Translations under genes and position numbers: made by a program
In this document: one piece after another, positions 1-9,646 of the stretch
How positions within the stretch are numbered: the stretch's first letter is position 1
Layout: every line of letters starts with the position of its first letter
Source of the DNA: a bacterium
Lineage (GTDB): Bacteria; Patescibacteriota; Minisyncoccia; Phycocordibacterales; UBA2100
Assembly: GCA_021781955.1 (NCBI GenBank)
Contig: JAJXVV010000001.1
Location: 26,688 to 90,687, forward strand
Direction of reading: 5' to 3'
Length of the DNA: 64,000 nt
Notes under the pieces: model-generated
Told to the model about the DNA's origin: nothing
Database searches by the model: none
What the model saw: only the letters and a program-made list of their open reading frames with translations

Positions 1-26
1 TCTCTGCGGAGGTAGGCCGTGACTGC

Positions 27-446
27 TCACAGCTGACCCACTTTTTTCTCCGGATAGAGTTTTCGAGTTTCCTCGACCTCTGCGGACGTCTTCGCGTCCG
101 CGGCGGAATAGATTTTCGCCATTGCTTCGATCTTTCCATCGCGGACCGCGTCCGCAGTCGTGCGATCGTCGATAATGTCGTCAATCGCCTCGAGCTGCCG
201 GCGCTCTGCTTTACGAGCGGCGACGAGCTTGGAGTACGCATCGACGCACGGCACTCTTTTTTCCGGGGCCTGCATTGGGCAGACCTTGTCCCGCTCGGCG
301 CGCAGTGTCACGACGCCGTCGATCTTGATCTTGACGAAGTCTGCAACCTTCGGCCCGATCAGCAGCCACTGATACGGTTTTTCCGCGGCAGCGGCTCCGC
401 CTGTGAGCAATGCGACAAGTATCGCCGTTAGCAAAATACGCGTCAT
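27..446 (-). CDS. Hypothetical secreted protein (139 aa)
   Basis: Signal-peptide-like N-terminus (MTRILLTAILVALLTGGAAAA); SD-like AGAGGT upstream; no family recognised. Confidence 0.7.
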   Translation of the reverse strand: MTRILLTAILVALLTGGAAAAEKPYQWLLIGPKVADFVKIKIDGVVTLRAERDKVCPMQAPEKRVPCVDAYSKLVAARKAERRQLEAIDDIIDDRTTADAVRDGKIEAMAKIYSAADAKTSAEVEETRKLYPEKKVGQL

Positions 447-609
447 GACACACCTCTGTTTCCGCTATTACCCCGCAAAAGCGCGAGGTGAGCTAGGAAC
501 ATTATACCATGTATACCTAGTAATATGCAAATCCCCCGTGTGACTCATTTGTCCACGTTTATGCAAAAAACTGCCTTACAGGAGCGTGGAAATTGCTATT
601 ATTCCTGTA

Positions 610-3078
610 ATGAAAAGGGGATCGAGTCGGGGTTTATCATTGATCGCCATCGTCGGACTTGTAGCGGTAATATCGGCTACTCAATTTTGGTCTCGATACA
701 CGGATATTCTCATTTCGACTCGGGTCACGCAGCTTGCCGCGACCGCAAGCACCGGGACGCTTACACCCCAAAACGCGGTGCTGAGCATCGACATAACCAA
801 TCTCGCTGAGGGGACAGACGCTAGCTGCCCTCAGGCAACCGCAAGCGCCGATTACCGGTCCGGTGAATCACAACAGTATTGTGCTGACTCGATGCCAACG
901 CCTTCAACACAATGCGTCACGAACTACGGGGGTACAACAGCCTCAATCGTACCAAAATCACAAGTAGCCGCTGGGGCAGCCGCCACCTGCAAAACACCAA
1001 TGCGGCAAAATCTTTGTCTCAAAACCTGTACATATCATGTGCAGCAATCGGGAGTGAACTTTACGGTCAATGGAACCTGCAGTAAACAAAATACCTGTCG
1101 AGGTTTAACGTATAAAGACAGCACAGGGACGCACAGTCTACAGAATGTTGCTTCGACCGGTGGATTGGTTGGCCGGCCAACGGCTCCCGGCGGTGCTGGG
1201 CCCCTTCCGCCCGTCCCACCTGCTAGCGGCGCTCCTGGGGATACTACCGGCGGAGCAAGTACGGGAAATACCAACCAGACAAATACCGGTACAGCATCTG
1301 GAAACGGTTCTTCTGTCTCGCCCACGAACCCCGTCCTCACACCACCAGGTGGAACGGCTGGGCTGGGAGCAGGGGGGGCTTCGCCGGCCCCGGGGAACGG
1401 CGCTGTTGCCGGCCGCACGGGCAGTGGGACAGTCGGCGGTGGCGGTACGGACGTTTTGAATTCTGGCACCTACCAGCCGGTCAATAACTTGCAAAACCCG
1501 GTCACAACGACGCCAGTACCGGCTTCGCCGGCTATCAATCCAGGTATCACGACAAAGCCGGTCACAGCCACTCCCACCGCCAGCCCGGTGGTCGCTACGA
1601 CGCCGATCTCCGGAGGGCCCATCGTGAGCGCGTCTCGCCCGGCCGCTTCATCGCCTGGCTCATACAGCGTCCCGAATACCTACGCTAACCCCTCCTCTTC
1701 GTTCTCTCCATCGTATCCATCCGGCTCTCCCAATGCGAACTCATCGATCAACTCATTCGCGGCGCCGGGCATAAATTCCAGCGGTGGAGGCGCCTTCGCA
1801 TCGTTCTTCTCGGGCGTCGTGGCAGGACTCCTCTCGACGCCGGTGCAGACCGTTTCCGACGTGGTCAACACCATCGTCTCGCCGACACCTGCCCCGTCCC
1901 GCATCATCGAGACGCCAGGCTTCAGCCAGCCGCAATCCGCGTCCCCGCAACAGCAGCAGACCCCGAGCATCTTCCTCGTCGAACCAGGACAGCAAGGCGC
2001 GCTGAGAACCATGCAGATCTCGCAGCCGATCGATATCTTCGCCGCTACACCCGCGCAGGGCGGCCCCGCAGGGAACCCGAACGCCGCTATCAATGGCATC
2101 GGTGCCGCCGACCAACAGGGCAACACGCCAAACGTCACCTCCCTCCTCGACCTCTCGTCGCAAGCGCCGCAGATACTTCCGATGTTGCCTCCGTCGGATA
2201 ATCCCGCAACGTACGCCGTCACCCAGGCAACGTCCGGCCTATCGCCTGTCCCAAGCGTCTCGCAAGAGCTCGTGCCTCAAACCGGGTCCGGCACGATGAA
2301 CACGCCGACCGCAAGTCCAATAAATCTGCTCGCCCCGAGCCTGGGTACCCTCGTCTCGGGTCTCGCCAAAGGCTGGACGGGCGGCAACACGCTGTACGAA
2401 GACGCCGCCGCGCTCGCGCAGACGCAGTCCAACCGCAACGAGATCGACGCGCAGATCCAGGCGCTCAACATGCTCGATGCGGCAGGTCTGTGCGGCCAGG
2501 ATTGCACGAATGCGCTCGCGTCGCTGCAGAGCAGTCGTTCGGTGACGCAAGCGCGTGTCGATGCGCTCACCAAGGCGGTCGCCAACGACCAGACCGGCGC
2601 GTCTTCGACCACCGCCCTTCCCTCGCCCGCTACCCAGATGGGGCAGATCGTTTCCGATATCGTGAACACGATGCAAGAGGTCGTGAGCTCGGGCAATAGC
2701 GGGACCGCCGCGCCCGGCGCTTCCAGCAGCGGCAATGCTGCCGCGCAGAGCGGCGCGATCCAGTATCCCGGCGTACCGGTCCTGCCGCTTCCGGGCAAGG
2801 TAGTGGCCATTCTCCCTGCCGAGACCGCATCGTCCTCGTACACGTACGCGTACCAGAACGAGACCTCGGTGCCGGTCGTGCAGGTGGCGAGCGATAATGG
2901 CACAGGCATGGCGGGAACCGGCAGCCAGAACCTCTTGAGCGGCGACGGCATCGGTAAACTCATCCTGAATGCGTGGAACTTCATCACGAACTTCTTCATG
3001 CCGCAGCCGCAAGCGGCTGCCGCGGCTCCGGCACCCTCGTGCTCGCTCCTCCTCTCGCTCTTCGGCGGCTGCCGTTAG
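610..3078 (+). CDS. Large exported low-complexity protein: N-terminal TM/signal, Cys-rich domain, P/S/T/G-rich linker
   Basis: Long ORF (track 586..3078; ATG at 610 preferred); hydrophobic N-terminus; Cys-rich N-terminal region; followed by a terminator. Confidence 0.75.
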   Translation: MKRGSSRGLSLIAIVGLVAVISATQFWSRYTDILISTRVTQLAATASTGTLTPQNAVLSIDITNLAEGTDASCPQATASADYRSGESQQYCADSMPTPSTQCVTNYGGTTASIVPKSQVAAGAAATCKTPMRQNLCLKTCTYHVQQSGVNFTVNGTCSKQNTCRGLTYKDSTGTHSLQNVASTGGLVGRPTAPGGAGPLPPVPPASGAPGDTTGGASTGNTNQTNTGTASGNGSSVSPTNPVLTPPGGTAGLGAGGASPAPGNGAVAGRTGSGTVGGGGTDVLNSGTYQPVNNLQNPVTTTPVPASPAINPGITTKPVTATPTASPVVATTPISGGPIVSASRPAASSPGSYSVPNTYANPSSSFSPSYPSGSPNANSSINSFAAPGINSSGGGAFASFFSGVVAGLLSTPVQTVSDVVNTIVSPTPAPSRIIETPGFSQPQSASPQQQQTPSIFLVEPGQQGALRTMQISQPIDIFAATPAQGGPAGNPNAAINGIGAADQQGNTPNVTSLLDLSSQAPQILPMLPPSDNPATYAVTQATSGLSPVPSVSQELVPQTGSGTMNTPTASPINLLAPSLGTLVSGLAKGWTGGNTLYEDAAALAQTQSNRNEIDAQIQALNMLDAAGLCGQDCTNALASLQSSRSVTQARVDALTKAVANDQTGASSTTALPSPATQMGQIVSDIVNTMQEVVSSGNSGTAAPGASSSGNAAAQSGAIQYPGVPVLPLPGKVVAILPAETASSSYTYAYQNETSVPVVQVASDNGTGMAGTGSQNLLSGDGIGKLILNAWNFITNFFMPQPQAAAAAPAPSCSLLLSLFGGCR

Positions 3079-3108
3079 CCGATCTTTCGCGGCTTTTCAT
3101 TTGCATGA

Positions 3109-3134
3109 AAAGGCGGCCGTGTACGGCCGCCTTT
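3109..3134. terminator. Intrinsic terminator, probably bidirectional
   Basis: AAAGGCGGCCGT-GT-ACGGCCGCCTTT between convergent genes. Confidence 0.8.
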
Positions 3135-3157
3135 GTGTCTGGTGTGCGAATGGGCGT

Positions 3158-3694
3158 TCATTTCCGGACGATCGACTGGAACAACGCAGGTGGCGAGATA
3201 CGTCGCAGCCACCATTCGTATTCGTAATCATTGCGCCGTGTGGCCTCGGCGATCATGCAGCGGGCGACGCGCGGAGACTTAACCGCTTTTGCATCGTTCA
3301 CTTCGATCGCTTTCACGACATTCGCGGCGATCATGCAGCCGAGACGATCGGCATCTCGCCGGATCTGCGCGTCATCGGTCTGCAGGAAGTAATCGAGCTG
3401 GGCAAAAACATCGTACGTGGATTCCGGGCCTTGCAATGACCAGTTCATGAACCCCTGATAGCTCGGGGTTAATCCGTTGTCCATGCAACGTACGGAGTTC
3501 ACATTGACTTCTGCGTCTGGCAGGTGAGCGACCGCGCGTATCTCGCTTCCAAACGCCTTTATCCGACCGTCGATCTGATACGCTTCCACCTCATCGGGGC
3601 TCACGAGACGCACCTGCCCGCACTCGACGGCACGCACTACGCTCGGCACTGCCGTGAGCAGCAGCATAGCGAGAAAACATATGATCCAGCGCAT
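3158..3694 (-). CDS. Hypothetical secreted protein
   Basis: GAGGAGG SD before MRWIICFLAMLLLTAVPSVVRA signal peptide. Confidence 0.7.
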   Translation of the reverse strand: MRWIICFLAMLLLTAVPSVVRAVECGQVRLVSPDEVEAYQIDGRIKAFGSEIRAVAHLPDAEVNVNSVRCMDNGLTPSYQGFMNWSLQGPESTYDVFAQLDYFLQTDDAQIRRDADRLGCMIAANVVKAIEVNDAKAVKSPRVARCMIAEATRRNDYEYEWWLRRISPPALFQSIVRK

Positions 3695-3812
3695 CTGTGC
3701 CTCCTCTTTTTGCACGCTTTCTTTATTGCAAAGTGCAAAAGAACATCATTTACGAATCCTACTATCGTTAAATCCAACCCGCCTGTCAACCGCCATGACC
3801 TCAAAGCTGATC

Positions 3813-3871
3813 CCCCAGAGGACGGTCCTCTGTACAAAACTGTGGATAACACAGAGGACCGTCCTCTGGGG
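3813..3871. repeat. Perfect 21-bp inverted repeat with self-palindromic arms enclosing a DnaA box
   Basis: CCCCAGAGGACGGTCCTCTGT (3813-3833) / ACAGAGGACCGTCCTCTGGGG (3851-3871); TGTGGATAA at 3841-3849. Confidence 0.9.
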
Positions 3872-3887
3872 AAAATATCCTCGCAGA

Positions 3888-4147
3888 AACACAAAACCCG
3901 CCTTGCGGCGGGTTTTGCTGCGATGCTTCGTTGGGAAGGGCTACGCGACGATCTTCGTCACGACGCCGGCGCCGACGGTCTTGCCACCCTCGCGGATGGC
4001 GAAACGCATCTGCTCTTCCATGGCGATCGGGCCCTGCAACTTGACCTTGAAGGTCACGGTGTCGCCCGGCATCACCATCTCCACGCCCTCCTTGAGGGTC
4101 ACCTCGCCGGTGACATCGGTGGTGCGGATGTAGAACTGCGGCTTGTA
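3888..4147 (-). repeat. 260-bp direct repeat copy: 3' fragment of tuf plus its terminator
   Basis: Identical by eye to 5367-5626 (offset 1479). Confidence 0.92.
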
Positions 4148-4200
4148 AGCACTAATGATTCCATGCTACAAAGAAGTCTGAGTAGGCAAAGGAGGTACGG

Positions 4201-4776
4201 ATGCGTAAGCATGCTCTTTTCCATGGTCGTTTTCAACCACCGTCAATCGCACACTTCGAAACACTTGGAACGATCCTGCAGAAGTGGGAACTGGTCACCA
4301 TCGGTGTTGTGTATGCAATTCCAAAACCAGCATGGCTGGACCCAAAATGGAACTCGTACGTAGAAGAAGTTCTGCAAACATACACCCCTGCTAGAAATCC
4401 GTTTTCCGCTCATGAACGAGTGCGCATGTGGAACGAATGCATCCGCCATTCCAACCTGACGGAACGCGTTCAATGCGTAGCGGCGCCAATTCCTTACTTT
4501 GACGAAAGCTTCAGTGAAGAATTCCCGCCTGAGGAATACGATTTCGTCAAACCAGAAGCTGAGAAACACGAGACCTTGGATTTATTGCGCGAACAAACCA
4601 CAGCGCAGATTCTAAATCGTTCGCTTTTTACGGTCCGACCGCAATGGAAGTTGCACGTGACCGAAATGCGCAATCTTGTGTCGCAAGGAGCACAGTGGCA
4701 CAAGTTCCTTGCGCCCGGAATCGGCGATGTGTTCTCGGAACTCAATGGCAACGAAAGGATGAGGGACCCTATATGA
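4201..4776 (+). CDS. Cytidylyltransferase-superfamily nucleotidyltransferase (NadM/NMNAT-like, degenerate HxGH)
   Basis: HGRFQPPSIAH, NPFSAHERVRM, HVTEMRNLV...W..FLAPG; AGGAGG SD. Confidence 0.75.
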   Translation: MRKHALFHGRFQPPSIAHFETLGTILQKWELVTIGVVYAIPKPAWLDPKWNSYVEEVLQTYTPARNPFSAHERVRMWNECIRHSNLTERVQCVAAPIPYFDESFSEEFPPEEYDFVKPEAEKHETLDLLREQTTAQILNRSLFTVRPQWKLHVTEMRNLVSQGAQWHKFLAPGIGDVFSELNGNERMRDPI

Positions 4777-5215
4777 GGGTCCTTCTTTTTAGATCGGACA
4801 ATATGTCACGATCGCGCAAATTCTTAGGTAAATGCGAAAGAGAAAAATACCGAACTTCAGACACCTCTTTTTCGTCTGCTTTTAATTCTCCGGAAAGAGG
4901 CTTACATATAAATGGCAGACCAACAATCCACACCTCGTCCCCATTATCGTACGTATCTTTCATCGTATACACGCCAAGTAACTCATGCACCTTAACGATC
5001 AACCCGGTCTCTTCGAATACCTCTCGCTCGGCTGCTTGTTGCGGCGTCTCGTATAATTCGAGATACCCTGCGGGCAATGCCCATTGACCTTTCTTCTCGA
5101 TACGATGTATGAGCAACACTTCCTTCCTTTCGTTAAAAATAATTCCTGCCGCTGCGGTCAGAATCAAGGGCGCAGTGCCCACCTTGCTTCGTATCCACTG
5201 AATGTAATTATCCAT
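4769..5215 (-). CDS. Nudix hydrolase
   Basis: Complete Nudix box GYLELYETPQQAAEREVFEETGL; N-terminus YIQWIRSKVG. Confidence 0.92.
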   Translation of the reverse strand: MDNYIQWIRSKVGTAPLILTAAAGIIFNERKEVLLIHRIEKKGQWALPAGYLELYETPQQAAEREVFEETGLIVKVHELLGVYTMKDTYDNGDEVWIVGLPFICKPLSGELKADEKEVSEVRYFSLSHLPKNLRDRDILSDLKRRTLI

Positions 5216-5370
5216 AATATGCCGCTGTGAGAAGGATTGTCGCTATGTGTGTATTCATTTGAATCCCGCGACATTGTCTGCCTGCGAACAGACGCGGCCG
5301 ACACGCTTTGGTGGTCATGCGCGAATGTGTACACGTAAGGTACACGATGTCAACAAGTAGCATCGTAACA

Positions 5371-5396
5371 CAAAACCCGCCTTGCGGCGGGTTTTG
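5371..5396 (-). terminator. tuf intrinsic terminator (duplicated at 3892-3917)
   Basis: CAAAACCCGCC-TTGC-GGCGGGTTTTG hairpin downstream of the tuf stop. Confidence 0.85.
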
Positions 5397-5419
5397 CTGC
5401 GATGCTTCGTTGGGAAGGG

Positions 5420-6619
<1,200 letters not shown>

Positions 6620-6907
6620 ACGTTGCTAGTTGTTAGTAATTCGCCGCGAGTGACTAACAAGCGGCACTGCTAATGTTGTGCTGCCAACGCGTTTGAGTGC
6701 TCCGGTAATTCTTTTGCTGCTTTATGTTCGCTTTCCGCCCCTCGACAAGCTCGGGACAAGCAGTTCGCTACGCTGCACGAGAATAAGCCGGCAAAAGAAT
6801 ACGCACAGAGCGTGCGTGACCGTATAGTAGCAGATGAACACGGCGCGTCAACGCTCTCCCGCTGCGCGTTTTGAGTGGATTTCGTGTGTAACCCTGTGGA
6901 TAGAGCA

Positions 6908-9142
6908 CTAGAGCTCATTGAATGCCGGCACGACGTTGACCACCTGTGACTGTGAGGATGCCGTACCGTTGAGCAGATCTGTGCACGAGAGCGTGAAGGT
7001 CGTTTGTCCTTGGATCGGGTCCGAGAGTGTGTCGGTCGCTGAGAGTTCGGTCCAGACGACGGAGGTGGCGGTGTTGGAAACAGCGCAGGTCTTCATGTAG
7101 GAGGTGCTCCACGACACTTTGACCTGGGTGCCCTTTTTGACCAGGGTCGGCTTCACGGTGAAAGAGCCGACGATCCCTGGCGGGACCGTATTGCATGTGT
7201 CGGTGGAACCGGAGCAGCCGAACAGGCAAAAATTGGTCATGGCGCTGGTGCAGCTGTTATGCAAGTTGCCATCCGACCCGCAGATGTTCGTGGGTACACA
7301 CTGAGCAGATATGCACTGGCCGGCCTGGTTGCAGCCGGCAGCACAGACCTGCGTGAGCGTCCCGGTGCAGGCATTGTAGAGGTTGCCGTCGGCCCCGCAG
7401 GTGTCGCTGAGCGTGCAGGTGTTCGGGTTGCATTGGTTGGTCGTCGTGGAGCAGCCGTATCCGCCGCAGCTCGTTTCAGTGCCGCAAGAGTTGGCGATGT
7501 TGCCGTCGGCCTGGCAGCTCATGATTACATTGCCGCTGCTGTCGGTTTGAGGAATGCAGGTGTTGGAGGAGCTGGCAGAGGAGCAGGTGGCGGTTTGGGG
7601 AGTAGCGTTTGGTGACGAGCTCGATGCGGTCCACGTTATGTTCACCGCACCATCACCACCAGCACCACCTCCCGTTCCGATCGGCGTGTTTTGACCACCA
7701 GCACCCACCACAACAGGGATGGATGCGCCCGCCGTGAGATCACCGGCATTGTAGGCTTTTTCTACATAGCCGCCGGAGCCACCGCCGAGACAGGCGACAA
7801 GCCACCAGATGCCGCCGGAACAGCCGCCTCCGCCGCCCGGCGCCACGCCGTTCCAATTCGGGTTTGCGGTCATGTTCGGACTGTACCCGCCGATACCGCC
7901 ATTGGGTGCGCTACCGCCGACGGCGGTTATGTGGGTCGGGTCAACGCTCCAATCAGGCAAATTGCCAGGAATGTTCACGTCCCCCCCTGAGGCGGAACCG
8001 CCGGAGACGTATTGACCTCCAACACCCCCACCCCCGCCTGCGATGAGCGTGCCGTTGAACGTAGAGTTACCGCCGAAGGTGCCGTACTGATCGCCATATA
8101 GTATGGATCCGATGGCGCTGTGCTGTCCGCCACCCCACGCTTGGACGGTGAGGGTGCCGTATCCTCCTTGTGGGACGGTGAAAGAATATGAGCCGGGAGT
8201 GGTGTAGGTTTGGGAGCCTGCATTGCTGGTATTCGCGATCACACATTGCGTCCTGTTCGCGCTCAAGGTCGAGCCTGTTGGGCAGCTATACACCGTACCC
8301 GTGTAAGTGCCTGATGGCACGACCGCTGAACCGGAATTGCTAACGTCACCGATACTTTGAATGAAGAAATCGTTCGGCTGGCCGGTCGAAGACCATGAAA
8401 GCGTCTGGGTCTGACTGCTCGACGCGGCAGTGGGATTCGTAACGAGCGAACAGGACAATGATCCTGTGCTTGGTGACGAGGTCGACGCGGTCCACGTTAT
8501 GTTCACCGCACCATTACCACCATAGCCAGTCCCATAAGCGTTCGGTGTGCTTGTATCACCAGCACCCACCACAACAGGGATGGATGCGCCCGCCGTGAGA
8601 TCACCGGTATTGTAGGTTTTTTCTACATAGCCGCCGGAGCCACCGCCGAAACAGGCGACAAGCCACCAGATGCCGCCGGAACAGCCGCCTCCGCCGCCCG
8701 GCGCCACGCCGTTCCCATTCGGGTTTGCGGTCATGTTCGGACTGAACCCACCGATACCGCCATTGGGTGCGCTACCGCCTATGGCGGTTATGTTGCCATA
8801 ACCCTCGATGGGCATGTTGCCAGGAGTGTTCACGTCCCCCCCTGAGGCGGAGCCGCCGGAGATGTATTGGCCTGGAACGGTCCCTCCTCCGCCTGCGATG
8901 AGCGTGTTGTTGAACGTAGAGCCCGCGCCGGGGGTGGCGTACTGATCTCCATATAGTATGGTCCCGATGCCACCGTGCTGTCCGGCGCCCCACACTTGGA
9001 CGGTGAGGGTGCCGTAGCTCGGGACGGTGAAAGAATATGAGCCGGGAGTGGTGTAATTTTGGGAACCCGCCAGAGCGGCAAGCGGCATTGCGATCACGAG
9101 CACGGAAATCAGCGAGAGAATGGATCGTTGGTTCATGCGCAT
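6908..9142 (-). CDS. Secreted glycine-rich repeat protein with Cys-rich repeats and C-terminal Ig-like module (putative adhesin)
   Basis: Signal peptide; two YTTPGSYSFTVP...GGGSGGY...VVVGAG domains; Cys-rich repeats; TTFTLSC tail. Confidence 0.8.
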   Translation of the reverse strand: MRMNQRSILSLISVLVIAMPLAALAGSQNYTTPGSYSFTVPSYGTLTVQVWGAGQHGGIGTILYGDQYATPGAGSTFNNTLIAGGGGTVPGQYISGGSASGGDVNTPGNMPIEGYGNITAIGGSAPNGGIGGFSPNMTANPNGNGVAPGGGGGCSGGIWWLVACFGGGSGGYVEKTYNTGDLTAGASIPVVVGAGDTSTPNAYGTGYGGNGAVNITWTASTSSPSTGSLSCSLVTNPTAASSSQTQTLSWSSTGQPNDFFIQSIGDVSNSGSAVVPSGTYTGTVYSCPTGSTLSANRTQCVIANTSNAGSQTYTTPGSYSFTVPQGGYGTLTVQAWGGGQHSAIGSILYGDQYGTFGGNSTFNGTLIAGGGGGVGGQYVSGGSASGGDVNIPGNLPDWSVDPTHITAVGGSAPNGGIGGYSPNMTANPNWNGVAPGGGGGCSGGIWWLVACLGGGSGGYVEKAYNAGDLTAGASIPVVVGAGGQNTPIGTGGGAGGDGAVNITWTASSSSPNATPQTATCSSASSSNTCIPQTDSSGNVIMSCQADGNIANSCGTETSCGGYGCSTTTNQCNPNTCTLSDTCGADGNLYNACTGTLTQVCAAGCNQAGQCISAQCVPTNICGSDGNLHNSCTSAMTNFCLFGCSGSTDTCNTVPPGIVGSFTVKPTLVKKGTQVKVSWSTSYMKTCAVSNTATSVVWTELSATDTLSDPIQGQTTFTLSCTDLLNGTASSQSQVVNVVPAFNEL
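7611..9064. repeat. Intragenic duplication of about 600 bp (7611-8215 vs 8472-9064)
   Basis: Long near-identical DNA blocks, e.g. 7697-7918 vs 8557-8778. Confidence 0.9.
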
Positions 9143-9143
9143 A

Positions 9144-9584
9144 TCATTTGACTGTTATCGTCGCGCTCTGCTGCGCACCATCGGAGAACGATGTGGTACC
9201 GGCTTGCGCGAACGTATATTGCCAGAAATCGCCCGCCTGGAGCGTGGGGGCTCCAGGGATCGAGAGCAAAAGCGGCCGAGATGAGGCGTTGAAGAAACGA
9301 ATGGTGCTCCCTGTGCTGATGGTCGCGACGGCCGGTACAAAGCCCTGATCGGTGTAGGAAACCAAGAGCGCGAACGGCTTATCTTGGAGCGCTTGCGTGC
9401 TGTGCTCCGGTGTGAAGGGTGTTTGAGGCAATGTTCTCGTTTGCTGCGCGCGGAGCGGTTGCGATACCGGTCGGTTCACCAAAAAAGCACCGACTGCGGC
9501 GACGAGCACGAACAAAACCGCGGCGACTGCGGCGACGAGCACGAGGAACGCAACGTATGTGCGGATGGAGTGGCGCGGGTGCAT
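9144..9584 (-). CDS. Membrane-anchored cupredoxin-fold-like protein without obvious Cu ligands
   Basis: N-terminal TM; YTDQGFVP..ATISTGSTIRFFN...LQAGDFWQYTF..AGT pattern. Confidence 0.7.
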   Translation of the reverse strand: MHPRHSIRTYVAFLVLVAAVAAVLFVLVAAVGAFLVNRPVSQPLRAQQTRTLPQTPFTPEHSTQALQDKPFALLVSYTDQGFVPAVATISTGSTIRFFNASSRPLLLSIPGAPTLQAGDFWQYTFAQAGTTSFSDGAQQSATITVK

Positions 9585-9646
9585 GCCGTTCCATTATATG
9601 CCGTGCATGCCGACACAACGGCGGTTATCCACAACAGTCCAAGCTG

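Noticed and set aside
3941-4147. Second functional tuf gene
   Set aside because: Only the last ~68 codons are present, with no 5' part; treated as a repeat.
7611-9064. Diversity-generating retroelement TR/VR pair
   Set aside because: Both copies are coding, mismatches are not adenine-specific and include indels, and no reverse transcriptase is in the window.
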